Source: a virus
Reading direction: 5' to 3' (one strand)
IMG/VR virus record: IMGVR_UViG_3300033984_000205
Coordinates: 30,106-94,105 of that record
Length of the DNA stretch: 64,000 bases
Part shown: in pieces, positions 21,104 through 30,994 of the stretch
Layout of the letters: each line of letters opens with the position of its first letter
Numbering within the stretch: the first letter of the stretch is position 1
Translations under genes and position numbers: made by a program
The notes under the pieces: model-generated
What the model was told of the DNA's origin: nothing
Database searches by the model: none
What the model saw: only the letters and a program-made list of their open reading frames with translations

Positions 21104-24100
21104 TCATGTTATTATTGTTGTTATTCCTCCATCTGCTATTCTCCAATTATTTGGTGCTGCTTCTAGTTCTCCTCTTTTTATACTTGAGTTTGCTGTATAC
21201 CTAGCTGATCCAAAACTTATGTTTGTTGCAAGTGGCGATGATATATTTGGTTGTACACCATTTACTATCCATCCATTATATATTGCATCTAGGTTAGTTG
21301 ATGAGAATGTGGCTGGTGTTTTGCCAGTCATAAAATTAGTAAAATTAGTTACTCCAAAAACATTCCACGAACCTATATTTTGGTTAAAATTAGTAACACT
21401 ATAGGTGCTACTAGCAAACATACTAGACATATTAGTCACTTTACTCACATCCCAATTTTCAAGAGACTCATTAAAAGCAAAAGCACCCTGAAACATAGCA
21501 CTCATATTAGTAACATTACCAACATTCCAAGTTCCAATAGGTTGGTTAAAGGTACTAACTGGTGCATTGTCATTATAGAACATAAATGACATATTAGTTA
21601 CCTTACTTGTATTCCACATACTTATGTCTTGATTAAAATAACCATTTCGTAAAAACATTGAACTCATATTTATTGTTGTTACTGATGCATCTCCACCAAT
21701 GTTCAATAAGTTTAATGGTTGGTTGTATCTGCTTGCAGTAAACATACTTCCAAAATTATTAACTTTAGGCACATTCCAACCACTTATTGTCTGATTAAAT
21801 GCATTATTATATGTAAACATACTATTCATAGTAGTAACATTGCTAACATTCCAGTTACTAATATCTTGGTTAAAAGTAGTAAAACCAACATTAAAAAAGC
21901 CAGCAAACATATTACTCATATCAGTCACATTACTCACATTCCAATTTCCAATAGGTCTATTGAATAAGAAAGCTTGATGAAACATTTTGCTCATAGTGGT
22001 AACACTACTTAAACTAGAAACATTTGGTGTAATTCTTTCCCATCCAGCAAGAGGTTGATTAAATGCTCTAGCATTTTCAAACATACTTACCATATTAGTT
22101 ACCTTACTCACATTCCAAGAGTCAATAAGTCGATTAAAAGCAGAAGCACCATTAAACATATCAAACATACTAACTGATGTTGCAGTGGTATTTATGTTCC
22201 AACCATTTATTCCTATTGGTCTCGGTACTGGATTCTCTGGATTCTCTTGATTGTTGTCTCCATTATTAAAGGCAGTAGCACCAGCAAACATTTTTACAAA
22301 TGCTGTTACTTTAGATACGTTCCACTTACTAATATCTTGATTGAAATTAGGGGCAACCCAAAACATAGCAGTCATATCAACTGATGCTGCTTCAGTGTTT
22401 ATGTTCCAATCTCCAATATATTTATTAAAGTCTCTAGCACCTTGGAACATACCATAAAATGACGTCACCTTATTTACATTCCATAGATTAATATCTTGAT
22501 TAAATGCTAAACTATATTGGAACATGGTACCCATATTAGTAATATTGCCCATTGTAGATACATTACCTGGTGTACTTCTTTCCCAATTGCCAATAGGTTG
22601 ATTAAAGGCAGAAGCATAAGCAAACATACTATTAGTACTAGTCGCCTTACTTACATTCCAACTACTAATATCTCTGTTGAAAACAGATGCACTAGCAAAC
22701 ATACTATTTAAACTAACTGATGTTACACTTCCTCCTATATTCCAATTATTTATTTTAGATTTTGTAATATCATCTTCATTTCCATTATTAAATCTAGATG
22801 CTCCATTAAACATACTTGTAAAATTATTAACTTTACTAACATCCCATGGTGTAGCCCCTGTTCCTAAATTAGAGTTAAATGCAGGAGCAGGAGAAAACAT
22901 AGAATCCATATTAATTGGACCTGTTATATTACCACCTATATTCCAAGGTAATTGATTTCCTACTCCATCTCCAAGTGCAAATCCATTATTAAAAGTATTA
23001 CAACCGTAGAACATTTTATTAAAGGTTGTCACTTTAGATACATTAAATAATGATATGTTAGAGTTAAATGCAGGAGCACTTACAAACATACCAGCCATTG
23101 TAGTACAAGAAGATGTATCCCAATTTAATTGGTTTCCTGTTCCAACACCAGGAGCAAATCCATTATTAAATACTATACAGCTATCAAACATGCCTGACAT
23201 TATAGTCACGTTAGATGTATTCCAATCACCTATATATCTATTGAATTTTTTACAAAGAATAAATGGATAGTTTAATGACACTGATGATGTTGTACTAAAT
23301 CTCCAATCATTTAATGGTGTACTATTATCCCCATTGTTAAATTCCCAACAATTATAAAACATTCCTTCAAAAGTAGTAACATTAGATACATTCCAACCAC
23401 CTATACATTGATTAAATAAAACACAACCATTAAACACAGCGCCCATAATAGTAACACCACTAGTATTCCATTCATTCATTCTACCAACAGTAGTAATTTT
23501 AGAACAATTTAAAAATGCACTACTAAGACTAGTCACTCCAGTTAAATCAATCACATCAGTTATTCCAGACATGGTCATATTAGAACATCCATTAAAAGAA
23601 GCTTGAGATATTTTTAATTTACCCCAACTAGATATAGACTTTATTTTTAATCTATCATTGACACTATTAGTATTCCCAAATCCAAAATTGAAATTATCTC
23701 CAAGTATCCTTACTGTATATTCTCCTGGTGTTGTATATGTGTGTATTCTATTTGCAACAATATTAGTACTATTCATAGTACTATACTGATTATCACCCCA
23801 GTCTATCCATATTGATTTTCCAACAGGAATACTAGTTATTGGTAATTGTATTTGATTAGCAGCTGATGAACTTTGTAATATACTTAACTTTACATTTCCA
23901 ACAAAACCTACTGGTGTAATTCTGAAATTAGCTGGAAGGGTTGTTGTTGTTGTTAAATTTATTGTGGTGCTAAGATTGTTAGTAGACACTGTAACACTAG
24001 GTGCATCCCCGAAGTTAATTATAACCTCACCTGTTGAGCCTGCAGAAAATGTACATATTATTTGCCAACTCTGCCCCGCAGTCATAGCCATGCCAAATAG

Positions 24101-24313
24101 TAATGGATTTGAACCTGATGCATTATGAGTGTATCCAGCATTGTTTAGAGTTGTTCCACCCCCAGGTCCAAGTGCCCAATCAGAAGGTACTGGTGCTGAC
24201 GCTCCTCTAGCTGCTTGGTCACCTCCTCCAGTACTAGTAGTATCTGTCTTCCAAACAGATTGAAAGGGAGCTGCTTTTTTTGTTCCGTATATTTGGAATG
24301 CTAAGTTATTCAT
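21104..24313 (-). CDS. BspA/DUF285-type LRR-like repeat surface protein
   Basis: About 20 repeats of FNQxIxxWNVSxVTxMxxMF, preceded by a PKD-like IDWGD...HTYxxPGxYTVRI segment. Confidence 0.85.
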   Translation of the reverse strand: MNNLAFQIYGTKKAAPFQSVWKTDTTSTGGGDQAARGASAPVPSDWALGPGGGTTLNNAGYTHNASGSNPLLFGMAMTAGQSWQIICTFSAGSTGEVIINFGDAPSVTVSTNNLSTTINLTTTTTLPANFRITPVGFVGNVKLSILQSSSAANQIQLPITSIPVGKSIWIDWGDNQYSTMNSTNIVANRIHTYTTPGEYTVRILGDNFNFGFGNTNSVNDRLKIKSISSWGKLKISQASFNGCSNMTMSGITDVIDLTGVTSLSSAFLNCSKITTVGRMNEWNTSGVTIMGAVFNGCVLFNQCIGGWNVSNVTTFEGMFYNCWEFNNGDNSTPLNDWRFSTTSSVSLNYPFILCKKFNRYIGDWNTSNVTIMSGMFDSCIVFNNGFAPGVGTGNQLNWDTSSCTTMAGMFVSAPAFNSNISLFNVSKVTTFNKMFYGCNTFNNGFALGDGVGNQLPWNIGGNITGPINMDSMFSPAPAFNSNLGTGATPWDVSKVNNFTSMFNGASRFNNGNEDDITKSKINNWNIGGSVTSVSLNSMFASASVFNRDISSWNVSKATSTNSMFAYASAFNQPIGNWERSTPGNVSTMGNITNMGTMFQYSLAFNQDINLWNVNKVTSFYGMFQGARDFNKYIGDWNINTEAASVDMTAMFWVAPNFNQDISKWNVSKVTAFVKMFAGATAFNNGDNNQENPENPVPRPIGINGWNINTTATSVSMFDMFNGASAFNRLIDSWNVSKVTNMVSMFENARAFNQPLAGWERITPNVSSLSSVTTMSKMFHQAFLFNRPIGNWNVSNVTDMSNMFAGFFNVGFTTFNQDISNWNVSNVTTMNSMFTYNNAFNQTISGWNVPKVNNFGSMFTASRYNQPLNLLNIGGDASVTTINMSSMFLRNGYFNQDISMWNTSKVTNMSFMFYNDNAPVSTFNQPIGTWNVGNVTNMSAMFQGAFAFNESLENWDVSKVTNMSSMFASSTYSVTNFNQNIGSWNVFGVTNFTNFMTGKTPATFSSTNLDAIYNGWIVNGVQPNISSPLATNISFGSARYTANSSIKRGELEAAPNNWRIADGGITTIIT

Positions 24314-24315
24314 AA

Positions 24316-26910
24316 TTATAGGTTTCCTGTTGCTATGAATGTGTTTGCAGCTATCATTCTCTTTAATGTAAAACTTAATTGTGGTGGTAGTACATTATTT
24401 CCAGTAGGGTTTGGTGCATTGTTTAATGTATTACCTGTAGAAACAACTGTTAATGTTACACCAGCCAAAGTAACAAATGTACACTCAAATCCAGCTACAA
24501 GTCCTGTTGGTATTGTTAGTGTTGCAGATGCTGTAAATATGATTACACTTCCACTATCTGCATTTACTAGTGGGTAGTTCCCTGACTTTTCTGATACTAC
24601 TCTATCATTTAATACTGTTTCAAAAAGAAAAGTTGTATAGTTGTAATTTTTAGTAACAGTATTAAAAGGACTTGCTACATTTACATTTTGATAGTATAAA
24701 GCAGAACTATAATCTGAACGTATTATCCCACCATTTGTACTTTCAGATATTCTTATTTGTTTTGTAGAAAGAATTAGATTATCTGCAGTTTGATTTTGTC
24801 CAAAGTAATTATTGTAATTTACATTTGTAAGTTTTGAACTAAATAACTTAAACTGATTGTAATCTGTCTCATTTTCAGGACCATTAGAATAAGTAAATAA
24901 TCCTCCTCCTGAAATAGTAGAATTATTTAATTGCATACTAGCTACTCCACATCCAATTAAACAGTTTTTAAGACTTGACATTTGACCATTTAAAGTCAAC
25001 CATCTAACAGGAGTATTAGCTGGAACAGAACCCATCCCACTAAATGCAGTACCATAAGGTAAAGAACCTATTATTGTATTTGAAATACTTACATCAAGGA
25101 AACTTATATATAGATAACTTAATGCATTTATATTTGATAATGATATATTGGTACCAAACATCTCTACTTTATCAAGTAAAACTACATTATTAAGATTTGT
25201 TCCTGAACATTTAATATTAGGGTATCCAAAAAAAGTACTATTAAAAAAGTTTATGTCATTACCTACCTTTAGATTTCCTTTTTGAGTAGCATCTGTGTTT
25301 ATAAATATTGTATTTTCTAAATTATCTATTATACAATTTTCTACTTCAACAGGTTCTAAAAATGAGTCTAACTCAAATATTGCATAATCTCTAAATTTTA
25401 CAATACTTTCTGTAGAATTTAATCCTCCAGTTCCATCTATTACTATTGGAAAAGAAGTTGAGGAACCTGTAATTCCAGCAGTCAAACTAGTAGTTTCAAT
25501 CTTTCTACAAATATACATATACGAAGTACTATTAACATTTAATAGTTCACTTGTATAAAGATACTTACTTTGAAATGCTAGATATGTATTTGTGTTTGGA
25601 AGATCTATATTAAGTAATTTTTTTCTGTAGTCAGAGTCAACTGTAGCTACAGGAACCATCCATCTTCTGTATCTTTGAACTCTCCAATCTTTATCAATAT
25701 CTATATTAATATCTTTATTAAATCTTCTTTTTATAAAACCATTTCTTGTTCCAATTTGTTCTTTATTATCATTATAAACAATATTAGAAGTAAAGTCATA
25801 AATTAACTCATCATTTAGATACGTTAAACTATAACAATTTTCATAAAAAGCATTTGTACTTTTTGCTTTTAACACTATACTTTCAACAGGAGCAGGGAAG
25901 TTTTCACTACCATTTAAATCTCCATATGGAGTACCATCATGCACATCAGTATTTAAGACTCCTCCTGGTTTTAGTATTACTTTATTATAAGCATCATATA
26001 CAGTTGCATTATTTAAATCTGTACGAGTAGCAAATCTTGCATATGAATAGGATATTTCTACTCCTAAAATGCTTGGATCCCAGTTCATACCATTAGCAAA
26101 TCTATAGTAATAGTTATATTGTTGTTCACTAACTGTTGTAGTATTTCCTACTACTAATCCTCCTGTATATGTTGGAGGTAAGTATTCTATAGTTACAACA
26201 GTTCCTACATTTAAGTCATAAGCATTGTCATCATCAAAAACTAAAAAATTAGCAATTTTAGATGTAACTGTTTTAAATACTTTTTTTGCAGAAGTATTAC
26301 TCTCATCTATACAATACTTGTGTTGATAGTCAGTAATAGCATAATATCTTTCAGGAAGTAGTGCATTATTATTAATTTTTTCAACATATTCTGCATAAGT
26401 TCCACTTTCAATCCTATCTACATATTGTTTTGTAGCAGCACCTAAAGCAGTGTCAGGATCTGCATTAAGTATCAAGTCTCCAAACATTGTATCACCAGCT
26501 TTGTTAATTGGTGTATATCCTAAGTCTGTCCCTCCATTACCACCTGTGCCAGCAGGACCTTGAGGTCCAGTAGGGCCCTGCTCTCCTTGTATACCTTGTG
26601 CACCTTGAGAAGCAAGTAATGCCCAATGTGTTGTATCTAAGTCTGGAGTTGTAGTTCCTGATGTAGCCAATATACAAAACCAAGAAGCTCCATCATATCC
26701 CACAGCATCATCTGCAACATAAGATGTCTCTGAAACCCAAGAACCTTGCCACTCTAATCCAGCAGGACCAACAGCACCTGCTGTTCCTGGAATACCTTGT
26801 ACTCCTTGAGGACCTATTGGGCCTTGAGGTCCTTCATTGCCCTCTGAACAACATAGACCTCTTACTTTTCTTTCTACAGATGTTACTCTTTCTTGTATTG
26901 ACTTTGCCAT
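24316..26910 (-). CDS. Tail fibre with collagen repeats and a CBM5/12-like module
   Basis: The start was moved to MAKSIQERV (26910) to avoid overlapping the upstream gene. GPQ repeats flank WQGSW...YVADDAVGYDGASWFC...HW, followed by a beta-helix-like region. Confidence 0.7.
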   Translation of the reverse strand: MAKSIQERVTSVERKVRGLCCSEGNEGPQGPIGPQGVQGIPGTAGAVGPAGLEWQGSWVSETSYVADDAVGYDGASWFCILATSGTTTPDLDTTHWALLASQGAQGIQGEQGPTGPQGPAGTGGNGGTDLGYTPINKAGDTMFGDLILNADPDTALGAATKQYVDRIESGTYAEYVEKINNNALLPERYYAITDYQHKYCIDESNTSAKKVFKTVTSKIANFLVFDDDNAYDLNVGTVVTIEYLPPTYTGGLVVGNTTTVSEQQYNYYYRFANGMNWDPSILGVEISYSYARFATRTDLNNATVYDAYNKVILKPGGVLNTDVHDGTPYGDLNGSENFPAPVESIVLKAKSTNAFYENCYSLTYLNDELIYDFTSNIVYNDNKEQIGTRNGFIKRRFNKDINIDIDKDWRVQRYRRWMVPVATVDSDYRKKLLNIDLPNTNTYLAFQSKYLYTSELLNVNSTSYMYICRKIETTSLTAGITGSSTSFPIVIDGTGGLNSTESIVKFRDYAIFELDSFLEPVEVENCIIDNLENTIFINTDATQKGNLKVGNDINFFNSTFFGYPNIKCSGTNLNNVVLLDKVEMFGTNISLSNINALSYLYISFLDVSISNTIIGSLPYGTAFSGMGSVPANTPVRWLTLNGQMSSLKNCLIGCGVASMQLNNSTISGGGLFTYSNGPENETDYNQFKLFSSKLTNVNYNNYFGQNQTADNLILSTKQIRISESTNGGIIRSDYSSALYYQNVNVASPFNTVTKNYNYTTFLFETVLNDRVVSEKSGNYPLVNADSGSVIIFTASATLTIPTGLVAGFECTFVTLAGVTLTVVSTGNTLNNAPNPTGNNVLPPQLSFTLKRMIAANTFIATGNL

Positions 26911-26921
26911 CTTATTATTAT

Positions 26922-27725
26922 TTAATTGTATACTCTTATTTCTATTGATACTGGATAAACCCAATCATTTTCAGAAGCACCACTATCAGTAGTTTGGATT
27001 AAACTTACTCTTGTTGAAGATATTCTAGAAGCTGCTAGAACTACTCCAAAAGATCCAGTGGGTTGCACTTGTACAAAAACAGCAGTTTTATCTGCAGTAA
27101 ATAACCCTGATGAGTCTATATTATATATACCAATACCATCATAACTAAGTGTAATTGTACCTAGTGTATTTTCTAAAACAATTGGAGGTTCTACAGAAGC
27201 ACCTGTTCTTTTTAATAAAGCTGTATACACTTTATATGGTCTTGAATCTACAGGTACTTGCAATTCCCAAACAGCATTTTCTTCTGTATTATCAGTACAT
27301 ACATAAATATCCCCATTGTCTAATATCCATCTACTACTAGATACAAATCCTCTAGTAATATCATCATTAACTCCTGGAGTAAGTGTAAAGTTATGACTCA
27401 CTTCTCTAATAGTAAATCCGTCTTGTTGCATAACATACTGTCTTCCTGCTTCCCATTTTAATTCGTAGTCTATAGAACATACTTGAGCAATACCACCATT
27501 ACCACCAGTTTCACTATTAGTAGTTCCTTTTTGTAATCTTGAGCCATTATCAAAAAGAATTTTAGCTCCATCATTAAACTCTACATTATTTGTAGTTGTA
27601 CTACCTTGAGTTGTAACTGCTTGTAAGTCTCCTGCTGAAGATATATTTATGTTTTTTATTTTAGAATAGAGGTCTACTACTCTTTGTTCTAAATTTTTAA
27701 TTGCATAAAGAATTTGATTGTTCAT
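26922..27725 (-). CDS. Tail fibre-associated protein
   Basis: The N-terminal EQRVVDLY anchor is shared with the 20081 gene. It also has an LQAVTTQGSTTT shaft motif and a C-terminal YKVYTALL...LENTLG...IEIRVY domain. Confidence 0.6.
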   Translation of the reverse strand: MNNQILYAIKNLEQRVVDLYSKIKNINISSAGDLQAVTTQGSTTTNNVEFNDGAKILFDNGSRLQKGTTNSETGGNGGIAQVCSIDYELKWEAGRQYVMQQDGFTIREVSHNFTLTPGVNDDITRGFVSSSRWILDNGDIYVCTDNTEENAVWELQVPVDSRPYKVYTALLKRTGASVEPPIVLENTLGTITLSYDGIGIYNIDSSGLFTADKTAVFVQVQPTGSFGVVLAASRISSTRVSLIQTTDSGASENDWVYPVSIEIRVYN

Positions 27726-27729
27726 GATA

Positions 27730-28200
27730 TTAAGTTTTAATTATATATTCTTTTCCCTGTTTTATCTGATTGTAGATATTTCTTTTATTCTCTCTTGTTA
27801 ACCTAAAACTATAAAATAATTTATTCTCTATTGGTACTCTGTTTTTAGACCAATGTAACTTATAAACTACACCATTTGTTTCTTCATTAAGACAATAAAC
27901 TATTTTTTTTGTTGCTTTAGCATCAGGACTTCTTTCCCATAATTTCTTAGTCTCACCCCAATTAGGTGGAAGCATTGGTACACCATCTTTATTAAAAGTG
28001 AGTTTCTTTTTTACTCCTTGTATAAATAAGGTTCCAAGTTTTGCTGGCAGAGTAACTTCTTCTCCTGCAATAACTTTCTTCATTAGAAAATCCATATACC
28101 CATTAGCAATAGGAATAAAAGTATCAATCTCAATAGGTTTCTTTACTTCTTTAGAATACCTTTTAAAAGAACTTCTTATATTTAGATTTGTTTTCTCCAT
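27730..28200 (-). CDS. IHF/HU-like DNA-binding protein (crAss tail-region type)
   Basis: GEEVTLPAKLGTLFI resembles the HU/IHF GxxVxLxxFGTF signature. The protein is basic. Confidence 0.65.
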   Translation of the reverse strand: MEKTNLNIRSSFKRYSKEVKKPIEIDTFIPIANGYMDFLMKKVIAGEEVTLPAKLGTLFIQGVKKKLTFNKDGVPMLPPNWGETKKLWERSPDAKATKKIVYCLNEETNGVVYKLHWSKNRVPIENKLFYSFRLTRENKRNIYNQIKQGKEYIIKT

Positions 28201-28211
28201 TATCTATTACC

Positions 28212-28898
28212 TCACTCAGACCTTTGAGTATCTTTTGATTTATTTTCTTTTTTCTGACCAAAGATAACAATAATTTCTTGAACACAGATGTCAATTAATG
28301 GTTCAATTAAATCACCATCAATATCAAAAGTGTGGTCAGGAGTTGGAATACAATCTAAACATTCTTGGCACTCTTCACACATAGAAGGATAGTAATGTGC
28401 TTTTAAAGGATCTTCAGCAAGAAGTTTAATCTTTACTATTCCTGGATTTTTCTTTAGGGGAAAGTAAAGGTAACCATTCTCAAATAAGTACTTAGGTTTA
28501 GTCCCTGTGTACTTGTTTCCTTTTAAATAAAGAACACCTTGTCTTGTTACTTCTTCTATTCTAATACTGTTTTCTATAGACATAACATATTCAATGTAGT
28601 GTCTATTAGAATCTGTTAATATTCTTGGTATTTTAAATTTAGTTCTATAAACATCACAACCTAAATCTCCAAGACAAGGGCACTCATGATTAGGTACTTT
28701 AATTAGTTCAACACAAGGAAGAACAGTATAGTTCCAATCACTAAGTCTTTGTTTCTTTTTTAATTGTTGAGAAAGTAATTGCATTCTAACAGACAATGCT
28801 TTATTATAAACATGTCTGTCAGATAGTCTAGATTCATCACTAGACACCCCTTTAGAATAAAGAGATTGAATTCTTTCTACTATTTCAGCTATTAACAT
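28212..28898 (-). CDS. Tail ring / head-tail adaptor protein
   Basis: 228 aa with SDESRLSDR, PCVELIKV, YLFENGYLY and EDP motifs of crAss-like ring proteins. Confidence 0.6.
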   Translation of the reverse strand: MLIAEIVERIQSLYSKGVSSDESRLSDRHVYNKALSVRMQLLSQQLKKKQRLSDWNYTVLPCVELIKVPNHECPCLGDLGCDVYRTKFKIPRILTDSNRHYIEYVMSIENSIRIEEVTRQGVLYLKGNKYTGTKPKYLFENGYLYFPLKKNPGIVKIKLLAEDPLKAHYYPSMCEECQECLDCIPTPDHTFDIDGDLIEPLIDICVQEIIVIFGQKKENKSKDTQRSE

Positions 28899-28899
28899 A

Positions 28900-29238
28900 T
28901 TAAACTATTTCTATAATGATACCATCATCTTCTTTTATTTCAGCAGCAAAAGAAATAGCTGAACTTCTAAAAGAAGAATTAATGTTGTATATAATTACTT
29001 TAGGGTAATCCCCTTCTTTAACAAATGCTGTAGCTTTCTTTACAGTCCAATCTGTAAAAGTTCTAATGTAGTTTACAGCAGCAGTTTGTTTCCCTACAGG
29101 AACAGAAACTAAAACTAAATCATATTGTTTTCCAATACCATGTTTTTGTTCTAATCTTTTATTTTCATTAGGAAAAAAAAGTTTAAAAATACTGTTACCT
29201 ATAATCTTTTTAAATCTGTGTAATTGTAAATGTTTCAT
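28900..29238 (-). CDS. Ribosomal protein bL12 (L7/L12) C-terminal-domain-like protein
   Basis: YDLVLVSVPVGKQTAAVNYIRTFTDWTVKKATAFV...AAEIKEDDGIIIEIV aligns by eye with the L12 CTD pattern FDVIL...KxxVIKxVRxxTGLGLKEAKxLV...LEExGAxVEVK. Confidence 0.65.
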   Translation of the reverse strand: MKHLQLHRFKKIIGNSIFKLFFPNENKRLEQKHGIGKQYDLVLVSVPVGKQTAAVNYIRTFTDWTVKKATAFVKEGDYPKVIIYNINSSFRSSAISFAAEIKEDDGIIIEIV

Positions 29239-29241
29239 GAC

Positions 29242-29946
29242 TTAATTGTTTAATGTTAATTTTAAAATACTTGTTACATCATCAGTTTGAATACTAGTAA
29301 ATTTACCATCTAAACCTAACCATATAATTATCCTTTTACTAACTCTTACTCCTATTTGTTCTAGCAGTAATTGATAGTAAGAAAGTTGAACTACATAATG
29401 ATTTAAAGGACAATCTAATAATGCTTCAAAAGGAGCTAACATAGTCTTGTTTTTATAATTCTTAAACAAGTCTTTATTGGTCTTGTAATCTGCAATTATA
29501 TATGATTGTGTTTTAGTGTCAAATAGGATGATGTCTGCTGTACCTGCAAACATGTACTTAAAGTGGTACATTCTAAGTTCTGCAGCTACTGGAATAATGT
29601 GTTCTGGTACACTTTCCCAAAAGGCTACAAGAGCTTCTTCTTGAGGACAGGAAGGTTTTAAACTTCTGTTAAATTGGTAGAGTTCTCCAAAGGCATGTAC
29701 TCTATGTCCTCTATCCCTAGACTCTTGGTTTATGTCAGCCCATTGTTTTAGGACTTCTTCTGTGGTAATCCCTAATTTTCTAGCAGAATAAGGGGCAATT
29801 GCTTCAGCATCAAAATGCTCATAATACTCTGAAATTAAACCTGAGACAGATGTCTTAATAGGTTTATCTTCAACAAAGTACCTATGCTTTTTTTCTTCAA
29901 AAGTCAAGGCACTAAAAGGCTTTGTTATTTTTTCTAATAAATCCAT
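29242..29946 (-). CDS. PD-(D/E)XK (RecB/Cas4-like) nuclease
   Basis: RGHRVH, AELRM, AGTADII, IADYKTN and YVVQLSYY motifs. Confidence 0.85.
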   Translation of the reverse strand: MDLLEKITKPFSALTFEEKKHRYFVEDKPIKTSVSGLISEYYEHFDAEAIAPYSARKLGITTEEVLKQWADINQESRDRGHRVHAFGELYQFNRSLKPSCPQEEALVAFWESVPEHIIPVAAELRMYHFKYMFAGTADIILFDTKTQSYIIADYKTNKDLFKNYKNKTMLAPFEALLDCPLNHYVVQLSYYQLLLEQIGVRVSKRIIIWLGLDGKFTSIQTDDVTSILKLTLNN

Positions 29947-29950
29947 ATCA

Positions 29951-29958
29951 CAAAGATA
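29951..29958 (-). promoter_or_regulatory. Bacteroidota -7 element TATCTTTG upstream of the nuclease (near-leaderless)
   Basis: TAnnTTTG 4 nt from ATG 29946. Confidence 0.5.
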
Positions 29959-29968
29959 TGGTTTTATT

Positions 29969-30553
29969 TTATTTCTCTACTTGAAAGACAATCTTTTTTA
30001 TACTGTTAACTACTTTAAGAAATCTTTTTGCAATATCAAATCCCATCTTTTTAAAATTCTCAAATACAATAGAGTAGAACTCTATTGCACAACAGAAACC
30101 AGTAAAGATTAAAGTTACAGTTAGATCTTCTGTACTTACATTATCAAACTTAAAAGTCTTTATAAAGAAGACCTTTTCAATTCCCCAAACTCCTAAGATA
30201 GCACTAGCATAAGTGAAGGCTTTTACAGCTGAGAGTTTAAGTTTATCTGAAGAAATTAAAGCTGTACCTTTAAGGGAAGGGTCTAATTTTTCTTCATCTT
30301 TTTTAATTTTCCAAGATGCTATTATACCTGTTATAAAATCTAGTATAAAAAATAATAATAAAAGTAACAAAGCTTTTTGGATTGAAGTTAAAACAGAAGC
30401 TACAACTATTGTACTTCCTGATATAACTCCTGATGGACTTGATGCCATTGCTTTTAAGTTAATTCCTAACTTAAGAAAATACTTAGTGTATAGACTTAAC
30501 CATTCCATAATGCTGCTTTTTAATATTATTATAATGTTGTATGACTTTTTCAT
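29969..30553 (-). CDS. Holin
   Basis: Several hydrophobic helices, with LLFFILDFITGIIAS and EFYSIVFENFKKMG motifs. The start may be at MEWLSLY. Confidence 0.75.
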   Translation of the reverse strand: MKKSYNIIIILKSSIMEWLSLYTKYFLKLGINLKAMASSPSGVISGSTIVVASVLTSIQKALLLLLLFFILDFITGIIASWKIKKDEEKLDPSLKGTALISSDKLKLSAVKAFTYASAILGVWGIEKVFFIKTFKFDNVSTEDLTVTLIFTGFCCAIEFYSIVFENFKKMGFDIAKRFLKVVNSIKKIVFQVEK

Positions 30554-30567
30554 AGTAATAGTCTTTA

Positions 30568-30575
30568 CAAAAATA
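30568..30575 (-). promoter_or_regulatory. Bacteroidota -7 element TATTTTTG upstream of holin
   Basis: TAnnTTTG in an intergenic gap. Confidence 0.5.
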
Positions 30576-30586
30576 GTTAAAATATT

Positions 30587-30724
30587 TTACCTTCCTTGTC
30601 CTTTATAAAGTTTTTTATAGTTTTTTGAAGATTTAAGTTTAGATACTTTAGACTTTGCGTGAACTCCTGGTCTACTTACTTTAATTTTTACTTTCTTTTC
30701 TACTGTGTTAGTTTGTTTTGCCAT
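30587..30724 (-). CDS. Small Lys-rich basic protein (45 aa), not in the ORF track
   Basis: MAKQTNTVEKKVKIKVSRPGVHAKSKVSKLKSSKNYKKLYKGQGR fills the gap between co-oriented genes. Confidence 0.75.
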   Translation of the reverse strand: MAKQTNTVEKKVKIKVSRPGVHAKSKVSKLKSSKNYKKLYKGQGR

Positions 30725-30736
30725 GATTTATAGTAT

Positions 30737-30994
30737 TTATATTTGTATTGCAGCTCCTATAAGTGTGCAGTCTAAAAATGCAACTGCACTTTTTGGAACT
30801 AGTTGATTAGATGCATATGCATTAAGATTAGTTGAACCTAAATTATACTTTGCAAGTACTTGTGCTTTAGTCATACATTGATTAGCAGCAGGAAGAGTTA
30901 CAAGATGAGATTGACCTGCTAGTAGAGGAAGTCCACTAGTTGATATATCTAAATGACTAATCATTTGATTTGCTAATAAATCATTCCAAGCCAT
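30737..30994 (-). CDS. Small fibre-associated protein
   Basis: 85 aa, coupled to the fibre gene's stop codon. Its C-terminal LDCTLIGAA motif is shared with the S/T-rich proteins. Confidence 0.55.
   Translation of the reverse strand: MAWNDLLANQMISHLDISTSGLPLLAGQSHLVTLPAANQCMTKAQVLAKYNLGSTNLNAYASNQLVPKSAVAFLDCTLIGAAIQI

Noticed and set aside
29242-29946. CRISPR-Cas system suggested by the Cas4-like nuclease
   Set aside because: No repeat-spacer array or other cas genes are present, and the four-Cys cluster is lacking. Stand-alone PD-(D/E)XK nucleases are common in these phages.
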